32,516 nt of DNA from Octopus sinensis. Taxonomy: Eukaryota. Below the pieces are notes generated by a model. It made no database searches, was not told the origin of the DNA, and was given only the letters and a program-made list of their open reading frames with translations. Of the stretch, positions 22,293-32,516 are shown piece by piece. The stretch lies in assembly GCF_006345805.1 (NCBI RefSeq), contig NW_021829649.1, positions 1 to 32,516 on the forward strand, given 5' to 3'. Position numbers and translations under genes: made by a program. How positions within the stretch are numbered: the first letter of the stretch is position 1; the number at the start of each line of letters is the position of its first letter.

Positions 22293-23339
22293 TACAGATT
22301 AGAAGCTCCTCTAAAAATCGCACTACATCTACAAACAGCTTGGTTGGCGTAAACAAAGTAGACGGCCCCAAGCAGAAACTGCAGAACCTACTTCGAGGTG
22401 TTGCAAGGTTTCTCTTTAACCCTTTAGTGTTCAGATTACTCTGTTAAATGTAATATTTTTTTACTCAAATTGTTTTTAATTAATCATGCATTATCTTATA
22501 GTTTTGAGGTTTCAATGATGTGATTGTTTATTTCTATAATGTCAATATAGGTTAGGTGTGAGAGCCCTGATCTGATCAGTTTAAACATAAAATAGGTAAA
22601 AAAAACTTCGGCCAGATATGGCCAGTTTAAACACTAATGGGTTAAATCTCTCAAAATGTTGAACAGCCTTTTGTACCATTATGAACTATCTTGGAACCAC
22701 AGGGGTTTCATACATTGGCCTGTATGATTTGTTTAGGTGGGGCAAAGGTCATCAAAGTCCACAGGCACAGGAGTGGCTGTGTGGTAAGTAGCTTGCTTAC
22801 CAACCCCATGGTTCCGGGTTCAGTCCCACTGCGTGGCACCTTGGTCAAGTGTCTTCTACTATAACCTTGGGCCGACCAAAGCCTTGTGAGTGGATTTGGT
22901 AGATGGAAACTGAAAGAAGCCCGTCGTATACAGATTAGAAGCTCCTCTACAAATCGCACGACATCTACAAACGGCTTGGTTGGCGTAAACAACGTAGACG
23001 GCCCCAGGCAGAAACTGCAGAACCTACTTCGAGGTGTTGCAAGGTTTCTCTTTAAATCTCTCAAAATGTTGAACAGCCTTTTGTACCATTATGAAGTATC
23101 TTGGAACCACAGGGGTTTCATACATTGGCCTGTATGATTTGTTTAGGTGGGGCAAAGGTCATCACAGTCCACAGGCACAGGAGTGGCTGTGTGGTAAGTA
23201 GCTTGCTTACCAACCACATGGTTCCGGGTTCAGTCCCACCGCGTGGCACCTTGGGCAAGTGTCTTCTACTATAACCTCGGGCCGACCAATGCCTTGTGAG
23301 TGGATTTGGTAGATGGAAACTGAAAGAAGCCTGTCGTAT
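22293..23339. repeat. Local tandem duplication of a ~410-bp unit (left copy carries the MITE)
   Basis: tacagattagaagctcctct occurs at 22293 and 22929. The copies are collinear apart from the 226-bp insertion. Confidence 0.9.
22420..22641. mobile_element. piggyBac-type MITE, 222 bp, TTAA target duplication
   Basis: TTAA|CCCTTTAGTGTT ... AACACTAATGGG|TTAA. The adjacent duplicated segment has the empty site ctctttaaatctc (23048-23060). Confidence 0.9.
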
Positions 23340-24211
23340 ATATGTATATGTGTGTGTGTCTGTGTGTGTGTGTATGTGTGTGTGTGTTTGTGCGTGTGTT
23401 TGTTCCCCCCAACATCACTTGACAACTGATGCTGGTGTGTTTACGTCCCCGTAACTTAGCGGTTCGGCAAAAGAGACCGATAGAGTAAGTACTAGGCTTA
23501 CAAAGAATAAGTCCTTGGGGTCGATTTCCTCGACTAAAGGCGGTGCTCCAGCATGGCCGCAGTCAAATGACTGAAACAAGTAAAAGAGTAAAAGAGTATA
23601 GGCGTTGGAGTGGCTGTGTGATAAGTAGCTTGCTCACCAACCATATGGTTCCGGGTTCAGTCCCACTGCGTGGCACCTTGGGCAAGTGTCTTCTACTATA
23701 GCCTTGGGCCGACTAATGCCTTGTGAGTGGATTTGGTAGACAGAAACTGAAAGAAGCCTGTCGTATATATGTATATATATGTATGTGTGTGTATACGTTT
23801 ATGTGTCTGTGTTTGTACCCCCAGCATCGCTTGACAACTGATGCTGGTGTGTTTACGTCCCCGTAACTTAGCGGTTCGGCAAAAGAGACCGATAGAGTAA
23901 GTACTAGACTTACAAAGAATAAGTCCTTGGGGTCGATTTGCTCGACTAAAGGCGGTGCTCCAGTATGTCTTCTACTATAGCCCCAGGCCGACCAATGCCT
24001 TGTGAGTGGATTTGGTAGACGGAAACTGAAAGAAGCCCGTCGTATATATGTATATATGTGTGTGTGTGTTTGTGTGTGTCCGATGCTGGTGTGTTTACGT
24101 CCCCGTACTAGGCTTGCAAAGAGTAAGCCCTGGGGGTCGATTTCCTCGACTAAAGGCGGTGCTCCAGCATGGCCGCAGTCAAATGACTGAAACAAGTAAA
24201 AGAGTAAAAGA
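23178..24211 (+). mobile_element. Tandem SINE family B copies (23178-23598, 23606-23960, rearranged 23965-24211)
   Basis: Repeated family B heads and 3' modules. Confidence 0.88.
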
Positions 24212-24499
24212 GGCAGCAAAAACTCTACAAAACTCTACAACAATCACATCATTGGACAATATTTGACTAAATCCACAAGTGACCACCCTTTCTCACACGC
24301 AACAACACTGGTTTATGCTCCTGCACTTTGTTTAGCGTCAGGCCACCCTGATCTGTAAGACGTAGGAGGGGGTTCCACCCATGACCATCCTGTCTGTTAT
24401 TTCCTTTCCCAAGATTCCATGGTTGTGATTTGAGGGAAATTTTGCTCGAATTTCTTTCACATTCAACGACTAAGTGTAGTTTATAGCTTATTGCGGTAG

Positions 24500-25560
24500 T
24501 GGTAGGAATAATGATGGTGGTGGTAGTGGTGGTGATGGTGGTGGTTTTGGTGGTGGTGTGGTGGTGGTGTTTTGGTGGTTTTGGTGGTGGTTTTGGTGGT
24601 GGTGGTGGTGGTTTTGGTGGTGGTGGTGTTGTTGTTGGTGGGGGTGGTTTTGGTGGCGGTGATTTTGGTAGTTTTTGTGGTGGTGGTGGTGGTGGAGGTG
24701 GCGGCGGTGGTGGTGGCGGCGGCGATGGTGGTGGTGGTGGTGGTGGCGGTTTTGGTGAAGATGGTGGTGGTGGTTTTGGTGGTGGTGGTGGTGGTGGTGT
24801 TTGTGGCGGCGGCGATGGTGTTGGTGGCGGCGGCGATGGTGGTGGTGGTGGTGGTGGCGGTTTTGGTGGAGATGGTGGTGGTTTTGGTGGTGGTGGTGGT
24901 GGTGGCGGCGGCGATGGTGGTGGTGATGGTGGCGGTTTTGGTGGTGGTTTTGGTGGTGGTGGTGGCGGTGGTGGTGGTTTTGGTGGTGGTGGTGGTGGTG
25001 GTGGTAGTGGTGGTAGTGGTGGTGGTGGTGATGGTGGTGGTGGTAGTGGTGGTGATGGTGGCGGTTTTGGTGGTGGTTTTGGTGGTGGTGGTGGTGGTGG
25101 TGGTAGTGGTGGTAGTGGTGGTGGTGGTGATGTGGTGATGGTGGTGGTGATGGTGGCGGTTTTGGTGGTGGTTTTGGTGGTGGTGGTGTGTGGTGGTGGC
25201 GGTGGTGGTGTGGGTTTGGTGTGGTGTATGGTGTAGTGGTGGTGGTGGTGATGGTGGTGGTGGTGGTGGTGGTAGTGGTGGTGATGGTGGCGGTTTTGGT
25301 GGTGGTTTTGGTGGTGGTGGTGGTGGTGGTGGTGGTTTTGGTGGTGATGGTGGTGGTTTTGGTGGCGGTGATTTTGGTAGTTTTTGTGGTGGTGGTGGTG
25401 GAGGTGGCGGCGGTGGTGGTGGCGGCTGCGGCTGTGGTGGTGGTGGTGGTGGTGGTGGTGGTGATGGTGGTGGCGGCGGTGATGGTGACAGTGATAGTTG
25501 TGGCAACAGTGGAGATGGTAGTGTTAGTGGTGGTGTTGGTGGTGTGTTGTTGTGATGGTG
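24500..25560. repeat. About 1.1 kb degenerate (GGT)n tract with internal block duplications
   Basis: Seen directly. The block near 24644-24720 recurs near 25355-25427. Confidence 0.96.
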
Positions 25561-26091
25561 GTATTGGTAATCGTAGTGATACTGTTGTTATTATTGTTCT
25601 CACCTTTGACCCAACAGATATGTCAACAGAACTGTTCCAACCACGACCACCTCTCCTTTCTATGGGTACATATATCGAATCCCACATCATTTAATGTGAC
25701 CGTTTGTTTCTTCATGGTAAAGTGTAATTTTAAACTATGGCTGTTATTTTTAGCAAATCAAGCGATCACAGAGACTCTTACATTGCTTTTGGATCAAGAC
25801 TGACCTAGGGCTAAACAACAAGGAAGGACACATTCAATAATGTAGTCCTAGATACACTATTTCTGAGTGAAAGGCAGGATGGTCATAACTGGAACGCCTT
25901 TGATTGCAGGTCTGCTCAGGGTGGGTGGGGTGAGGGTGGAACTAAACATTAGTAACAACATTACAAAAATACAAAAAGTAAAAGCGACAAACACAACAAA
26001 AATTGCTACTACAACCACTACTACTATTACAACTACTACTAGTACTACTACTACTACGTTTGCGGTGGCTGTATAGTTTTGGTGGTAGTAC

Positions 26092-26331
26092 CTAGTACGT
26101 GTATCTGTATCGTACAGTTGTTAACATTTTTCGAGTTGTCGTAGGCTCGGTAAATAACATCTGTGATCCCTTGTTGGAAGTAACTGTTGGGTTCGTGGGT
26201 CTTGGTGATTTGCAGTTTACCATTGGAGTTGTCGCTGAAAAGGGGCTCATCCCAGGTGACAATCACTTCTGGTTTATTGCTGACAACAGTGACCGAACGT
26301 GGGCAGCGGTCAACACGTGGTGGCTGAGTGT
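26092..26331 (-). CDS. SVEP1: Exon, HYR domain 2 (DTQPPRVDRCPRSV...WDEPLFSDNS...YRAYDNSKNVNNCTIQIHVL)
   Basis: 240 bp, phase 1-1. Acceptor ctttcag|AC, donor G|gtacta (weak consensus). HYR motifs are present. Confidence 0.9.
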
Positions 26332-26793
26332 CTGAAAGAGAGAGAGAGAGAGAGAGAAAAAAAAAACAACAGTTGTAGTATTTGCTCACTAGGTGGTAAT
26401 TGTTTGGCGAAAAATACTTTTTATTGTGTAATACACATCAATACGTCCCCTAGAACATACTTAGTTTTACGGTGAACACTTTCAAGCTATGCTATAACCA
26501 ACATTTTCACATATTCCGAAACCTAGTTTCAAGAAATGATACTTTACTATAGAGCAACCTATAAAATTTGAAGTCTAAAAACAAAGATTACTTCTTAGGA
26601 TGGAGCATCTAATCCTGTGTAACCTCACGTGCAGAAAGCAATAGAGCCCACACAGCTGCACAACTAAATGCATAGAAATACTTTTTGCTGAGATTCCCGA
26701 TTCTCAAACCTTTGGAAAGATCTTTGCCTAGTTTATACATAAACAACTCAAGACATAGAATATATGACTTTCTCTAGCCTAAAACATACAGTA

Positions 26794-27227
26794 TCTCTCT
26801 CTATATAAACGGCAGTTTGTCTGTCTGTGTGTCTGTGTGTTTTTCAGGTTGTACCCTCACCCTGACCACGGCTTTCAACGATTCTGATGAACTGACACAA
26901 CCCATAGCCCAATGTCATAATTCAAACTAACGCAGTCAAAATTTTGAAAAGTTCCCCCAGTTCTGAAAAAAAATCGATAAATTCGACATGGGGTCGATCT
27001 AAGCTTTTTATATGCAACATTTTTCTGTCTAGGGGACACAACTCGACCTTTTTATCGCCCAAAGGGACAGCTAGGAACATCGTATACACAGAAGTATTCG
27101 AGTGAAGAGAAGACATTGCAACCTACACATGCGCCTTCGTTCCCTAGAGGGAAAGGACTAGATTGGGATTAGTCGTTGCCTACTAGGGGCTCTTACATAC
27201 CCGGGCAACGCCGGGCTATGCTGCTAG
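26794..27227 (+). mobile_element. Non-autonomous Helitron
   Basis: A|TC start, subterminal hairpin CCCGGGCAACGCCGGG (27200-27215), CTAG|T end, no TSD. Confidence 0.8.
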
Positions 27228-27429
27228 TTGTACATATATTCAGCGATGTCTCATTACTATCTCTACAAGTCTTATGCGATTCATGTTTCGCTAAAGAAGC
27301 CCAATAACACTGAAACATGTTCAAAGTTATCATTTCCATCATTTTGACTGTATGTGAACCAATGTTGTCATTTCCTCACCTCATAAATATTTTGAATTAT
27401 ACTTCTTTATGAGCACTACATGAAATCTC

Positions 27430-27550
27430 TTAATTACGAGCAGTGATCCGATTTCTCTGAGAAAGAGGTGTACGATAAACAGTGCAAGATACGGTGCTTT
27501 GCTGGCCAGCAAACGGAAGCCAGCAATTCACACCAAACGACGAAGCCTAT
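27430..27550 (+). mobile_element. Fragment related to the mariner remnant at 17380-17460
   Basis: gataaacagtg..gtgctttgctg.cca.caaac.gaagccagcaattc.caccaaacg.cgaa.ccta is shared in inverted orientation. Confidence 0.7.
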
Positions 27551-28000
27551 TCTCTTACTCTTTACTCTTTTACTCTTTTACTTGTTTCAGTCATTTGACT
27601 GCGGCCATGCTGGAGCACCGCCTTTAGTCGAGGAGCAAATCGACCCCAGGACTTATTCTTTGTAAGCCTAGTACTTATTCTATCGGTCTCTTTTACTTGT
27701 TTCAGTCATTTGACTGTGGCCATGCTGGAGCACTGCCTTTAGTCGAGCAAATCGACCCCAGGACTTATTCTTTGTAAGCCTAGTACTTATTCTATCGGTC
27801 TCTTTTACTCGTTTCAGTCATTTGACTGCGGCCATGCTGGAGCACCGCCTTTAGTCGAGCAAATCGACCCCCAGGACTTATTCTTTGTAAGCCCAGTACT
27901 TATTCTATCGGTCTCTTTTTGCCGAACCGCTAAGTGACAGGGAGGTAAAAAAAACAGCATCGGTTGTTCAAGCGATGCTGGAGGGACAAACACAGCAGAC
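27548..28000 (-). mobile_element. SINE family B 3' part with the ~113-bp terminal module triplicated
   Basis: cagtcatttgactg..gccatgctggagcac..cctttagtcgag occurs three times. Confidence 0.9.
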
Positions 28001-28112
28001 ACAGATCTCTTTCCTTTGCTAATTCCACCTGTTACAGTGGCCCTTCAAAAGGGTCATGTGTTCCAACCCTCTCTCTCCAACCCGTCAAACCTGAAAACGC
28101 AAGGGGGCTTAC

Positions 28113-28361
28113 CTTTAACTGTGACATTGAACTTGCATTCCTGTCGGTTTTTGTTAGCATCCTGTGCTATGTATGTGACCGGTGTCACACCGATGGGGAA
28201 ACGGGCCGGTGGCTGGACAGCTGGGATCGTTGTGATGGACGGGACCAGGCCGGAGTTGTCATAGGCCAGTGGAAGAACCCACGTGACATTGGTCATGTGA
28301 CTGTTCTCGTCTGCTTCGACGTCGATGTCGTCTGGACAGAAGATTTGCGGCGGACTTGTAT
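28113..28361 (-). CDS. SVEP1: Exon, HYR domain 1 (DTSPPQIFCPDDIDVEA...FPIGVTPVTYIAQDANKNRQECKFNVTVK)
   Basis: 249 bp, phase 1-1. Acceptor cactag|AT, donor G|gtaagc. HYR motifs D-x-x-PP-x-I-x-CP, V-x-W, DNSG, FPIG, C-x-F-x-V-x-V. Confidence 0.93.
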
Positions 28362-28813
28362 CTAGTGAGGAAGGAAAAGAGGAGAGATAATTATATTGAT
28401 AAATAGTGCGGGGGGGAGGGGGGTAAAGAGGGTGAGTGGGGCTTAGAGGAGGAGGAGTGAGTGAGAGTGTGAGTGCATGAATGTCAGAGTAAGGGAAACT
28501 GAGAGCGATGTAAGCGGGCAAAAAGTGGGCAAACTTTGTGAGAAAGATTTGACAAACAAGAACTCGCGCTCGTACACACACACACACACACACATACACA
28601 CGCACACACGCATACACACACGCATACACACACACATACAAACATATGTACATGCACAGACATATATAGATATACACAGACATACAACTCTCTCTCTGTA
28701 TATATATATATATATATACATATAATATATCTATATGTATATAATATATATATAATATATATGTATACATACATATATAATATATATACATACATGTATA
28801 ACATATATACAGG

Positions 28814-28846
<33 letters not shown>

Positions 28847-28851
28847 GTATG

Positions 28852-28884
<33 letters not shown>

Positions 28885-28885
<1 letters not shown>

Positions 28886-29085
28886 ACGGGAAGCTTTATG
28901 AAAATAAACAAAAGACGAAGGCAGGTGGAAAACAAACGAACAATTGTATTAGTATGGCGCTCAGGAAATATAAATAAAACAAGTCTTTAACGTTTCGAGC
29001 CTACGCTCTTCAACAGAAAGATACACAGAGAGAGAAAAACACAGAAAGAAGGAGAGAAAAAAAATGCGTGCAGTAGCTAACGAAT

Positions 29086-29087
<2 letters not shown>
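28885..29087 (-). mobile_element. Single copy of the hammerhead-like element family, flanked by (TA)n on both sides
   Basis: The minus strand reads tctttctgttgaagagcgtaggctcgaaacgttaaagac and matches the 4640-6021 unit. Confidence 0.88.
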
Positions 29088-29138
<51 letters not shown>

Positions 29139-29200
29139 CATATACATATATATATAATACATACATATGTACATATATATATAAGTACATACATATATAT

Positions 29201-29233
<33 letters not shown>

Positions 29234-29563
29234 CATACATATATATCCTACATATATATATACATACATATATATATACATATACATACATACATATACA
29301 AACATATATATATGTTTGTATATGTATGTATGTATGTATGATGTATGTATGTATGTATGTATATGTATGTATGTATATATATATGTATGTATGTATTTAT
29401 ATATGTATGTATATATATATATAATATGTATGTATATATGTGTGTGTGTGCGTATATACACTCATGTATATGGATGAATGTAAATGAAATACAAGCCACA
29501 AAATGAGAACTATTAATGCATCATCATCATCATCATGCTCATCAGTTTGCTTTGGGCACTTAC

Positions 29564-29764
29564 CTATGCAACGGCTGGCCTCTATCTCGATGGGTGACCA
29601 CACCCCGTCCGGGGTGCACTGCTTGCTCGGGGAGCCGATCAGTGTGAAGCCGTGGTTGCAGGAAAGCTTGCACGTCGTCCCAAATGGCACTTCGTCCCCT
29701 CCCGTGCACACGTCTGGGCTGACGGTGCCAAACTGAAGACCGCTCAGGTGTTGACAGGTGATCT
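29564..29764 (-). CDS. SVEP1: Exon, sushi/CCP domain (EITCQHLSGLQFGTVSPDVCTGGDEVPFGTTCKLSCNHGFTLIGSPSKQCTPDGVWSPIEIEASRCI)
   Basis: 201 bp, phase 1-1. Acceptor tttacag|AG, donor G|gtaagt. Sushi Cys/Trp pattern. Confidence 0.92.
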
Positions 29765-30314
29765 CTGTAAAGGTGGGAAGTCGACAGTGGAGAGGTTAAA
29801 GAAGGGGCGCAATTAGGGGAGAGGAAGGGGAACGGGGGAGGCGAAAGGAGGAGAGGGACACACGCCTGGGCTGACGGTGCCAAACTGAAGACCGCTCAGG
29901 TGTTGACAGGTGATCTCTGTAAAGGTGGGAAACCGACAGTGGAGAGGTTAAAGAAAGGGCGCATGTAGGGGAGAGGAAGGGGAACGAGGGAGACGAGAGG
30001 AGGAGAGGGACACACGTCTGGGCTGACGGTGCCAAACTGAAGACCGTTCAGGTGTTGACAGGTGATCTCTGTAAAGGTGGGAAACCGACAGCGGAGAGGT
30101 TAAAGAAGGGGCGCATGTAGGGGAGAGGAAGGGGAACGAGGGAGACGAGAGGAGGTGAGGGACACACGCCTGGGCTGACGGTGCCAAACTGAAGACCGTT
30201 CAGGTGTTGACAGGTGATCTCTGTAAAGGTGGGAAACCGACAGTGGAGAGGTTAAAGAAAGGGCGCATGTAGGGGAGTGGAAGGGGAACGAGGGAGACGA
30301 GAGGAGGAGAGGGA
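29707..30314. repeat. Four tandem 152-bp copies spanning a splice acceptor and the first 58 nt of an exon
   Basis: ggtgatctctgtaaaggtggg recurs every 152 bp. Confidence 0.96.
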
Positions 30315-30406
30315 GATGAATGAGTGAAGGAGCATGAGCAGAGGAAGGGGTAGAATCGGAGGAGGAGGAGGGAGGGACAAAGTGGAATGGTGTGTGGTTA
30401 GGGTGA

Positions 30407-30515
30407 GCTGGCAGAGACGTTAGCACGCCGGGCGAAATGCGTAGCCGTATTTCGTCTGCCGCTACGTTCTGAGTTCAAATTCCGCCGAGGTCGACTTTGC
30501 CTTTCATCCTTTCGT
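30407..30515 (+). mobile_element. SINE family A 5' fragment
   Basis: gagctggcagagacgttagcacgccgggcgaaatgcgtagcc...gagttcaaattccgccgagg. Confidence 0.85.
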
Positions 30516-30941
30516 CCTTATCTCTTAACAACTGCTTTCCTTGCTGGTATGGGTTGGACTGTTTGACAGGGTCCAACAAGTCACAGAGCCGTCATCTTTG
30601 CTCTGGTTTCTAACAACTGGATGCTGCCCTTCTTAACACCCACCACTTTACAGTGTGCACTGGGGGCTGTTTTTATGTGGCACAAGCACCAGTGGGGTCT
30701 CTGAGTAGTCTACAAGATTAGAAAAGAACAGCAAAAAGGAAAATGCATCCCCCCACACCTCAAATGAATGGATGTACATTTGTGAGAGGGGAGTGGCCTC
30801 ATGCTTGGCATTAAGATTAGAGTATGATAAAGGGACAAGCATTTGTATCGTGGCAGAGAAGATACATGAAGGGCTTTCCTGCATTATGTGAGGGTGGGTG
30901 AGAGTAGGAGAGAGAGGGCGAGAGAGAGAGAGGGCGAGAGA

Positions 30942-30973
<32 letters not shown>

Positions 30974-31062
30974 TGAGGATGGGAGGGATGTGGTGCCAAG
31001 GTGTTACCTGAAGGTAGAGAAAAGTGAGCGTTCTTACGAGAATATAGGAATTAGGAAAAGTG

Positions 31063-31400
31063 GACTAGGCGATTAGGAATGGTGGATTAGGGGATTAGGA
31101 GGGGTGGATGAGGGGATTAGGAAGGGTGGATTAGGGGATTAGGAAGGGTGGATGAGGGGATTAGGAAGGGTGGATTAGGAGAATGGGAAGGGTGGATAAG
31201 GGGATTAGGAAGGGTGGATTAGGGGATTAGGAAGGGTGGATTATGGGATTAGGAAGGGTGGATTAGGGGATTAGGAAGGGTGGATTAGGGGATTAGGAAG
31301 GGTGGATGAGGGGATTAGGAAGGGTGGATTAGGAGAATGGGAAGGGTGGATGAGGGGATTAGGAAGGGTGGATGAGGGGATTAGGAATGGTGGATTAGGA
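31063..31400. repeat. G-rich 22-bp minisatellite (GGGGATTAGGAAGGGTGGATTA), about 15 copies
   Basis: Seen directly in the sequence. Confidence 0.93.
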
Positions 31401-31678
31401 GAATGAATAGTTGAAATGGGAGAATATCAAATTGTTGATGGAAATAGCTTTGATGTGGACAAAAGTAATGAAAATAGAGGAAAAGAAGATGAGAGAGAAG
31501 AGGAAGAATTTGATGGAGTTGATTCGACATTACAAGGAAACAAATGAAGGCGGTAAAATGATGAAATATAACTGTTGAGATGTGGCTGAAAATCTTTGGA
31601 AATTGAGTTGGGGGGGGGGGGACTTGAGAAAGATCAAAATGAGCAGAAAACAGATAAAATGGAAATTGCCAAACTTAC

Positions 31679-31858
31679 CTCGACACCTGGTGGTTATACC
31701 GGACCAATAGGCAATAGCAAGACAAGTTCGTCTTCGGGACCCAATCAGTTTGTATCCTGTGTCGCAAGTGAAACGACAAACCGTAGAGAAAGTGAAGTCC
31801 CCTCGACTACAGATGCGATTTCCGTTCTTTGGGGTTGGCAGATGAGGACAGACTTTCA
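31679..31858 (-). CDS. SVEP1: Exon, sushi/CCP domain (VKVCPHLPTPKNGNRICSRGDFTFSTVCRFTCDTGYKLIGSRRRTCLAIAYWSGITTRCR)
   Basis: 180 bp, phase 1-1. Acceptor ttcctccag|TG, donor G|gtaagt. Four-Cys sushi pattern with C-x-x-GY-x-L-x-G and W. Confidence 0.93.
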
Positions 31859-31914
31859 CTGGAGGAACGAAAGAGAGAAGGGAGAGGTTAATGGCTTAAG
31901 CGATGGCACAGTGG

Positions 31915-32516
31915 GTGCCCAGACTTATTCTTTTTAAGCCTGGTACTTTTTGTATCAGTCTCTTATGCCGAACCACTAAGTGACGGGGACGTAAACGCAC
32001 CAACATCGGTTTCAAGCAATGGCGGGGATACAAACACAGACACACAAACATATACATACATATGTACATATAACGGGCTTCTTTCAGTTTCCATCAACCA
32101 AATCCACTCACAAGGCTTTGGTCAGTTTGGGACTACAGTAAAAGACACTTACTTGAGATGCCATGCTGTGGGATTGAACCTAAAACCATGTGGTTGAGAA
32201 GCAAACTTCTTAACCACACAGCATGCAGGTACCTATCACTATGCCTGAACATAGTTCCATATCTGTGCCTATAGGCATCCTTGCATCTCTTTTTTACTCT
32301 CTTTTACTCTTTTATTTGTTTCAGTCATTTGACTGTGGCCATGCTGGAGCACCACCTTTAGTCGAGCAAATCAACCCCAGGACTTATTCTTTGTAAACCT
32401 AGTAACTTATTCTATCGGTCTCTTTTTTGCCGAACCGCTAAGTGACGGGGACGTAAATGCACCAACATCGGTTGTCAAGCAATGGTGGGGATACAAACAC
32501 AGATACACAAACATAT
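31915..32516 (-). mobile_element. Two SINE family B copies (about 31915-32225 diverged; 32287-end partial)
   Basis: Family B motifs on the minus strand. Confidence 0.82.

Larger units (their letters stand above)
1..31858 (-). other. SVEP1: Partial gene model: SVEP1/polydom-like protein, 8 internal exons (31858-31679, 29764-29564, 28361-28113, 26331-26092, 6471-6277, 4186-4062, 1121-1049, 151-<1)
   Basis: I spliced the exons by hand. Every intron is GT..AG, the phases match (1,1,1,1,1,0,1), and 1414 nt read without a stop. The order sushi-sushi-HYR-HYR-sushi-like-linker with an RxKR site matches my recollection of the N-terminal third of vertebrate SVEP1. Orthology is not verified by a search. 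Confidence 0.88.

Noticed and set aside
19720-22330. tctaca-rich interspersed sequence in both orientations (19900-20120, 21700-22330, 24220-24240)
   Set aside because: Probably an old repeat family, but I cannot define its boundaries or class from the sequence alone.
24481-25694. 341-400 aa Gly-, Pro/Thr- or His-rich ORFs
   Set aside because: A stop-free (GGT)n repeat is open in most frames on both strands, it lies in an intron, and there is no evidence of coding.
29560-30426. Repeated ORFs MAPSAQ...YRDHLSTPERSSVWHRQPRRV
   Set aside because: These are alternative-frame readings of the 152-bp repeat. The sushi frame is the supported one.

Overview
Eukaryotic (animal) genomic DNA, very rich in microsatellites and SINEs. 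The repeat landscape suggests a coleoid cephalopod, probably Octopus (inference, not verified). One protein-coding gene crosses the whole window on the minus strand: eight internal exons of an SVEP1/polydom-like extracellular protein (sushi-sushi-HYR-HYR-sushi-like-linker). All junctions are GT-AG and splice into one open frame of about 471 codons. Neither the start nor the stop codon is in the window. The introns, including one of 19.6 kb, are filled with at least four tRNA-headed SINE families, RTE and R4/Dong-type LINE 3' fragments, mariner remnants, MITEs (piggyBac-type, and one with an 8-bp TSD), a non-autonomous Helitron, and micro/minisatellites. Almost all ORFs in the supplied track are microsatellite artefacts. 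The most notable observations are (1) a six-copy array of a ~200-270 bp unit carrying a minimal hammerhead-ribozyme-like motif (candidate retrozyme or Penelope-associated element), (2) a 4 x 152 bp tandem repeat that quadruplicates a splice acceptor plus the exon start, (3) a filled/empty piggyBac site pair inside a local duplication, and (4) tandem furin sites in the linker exon.
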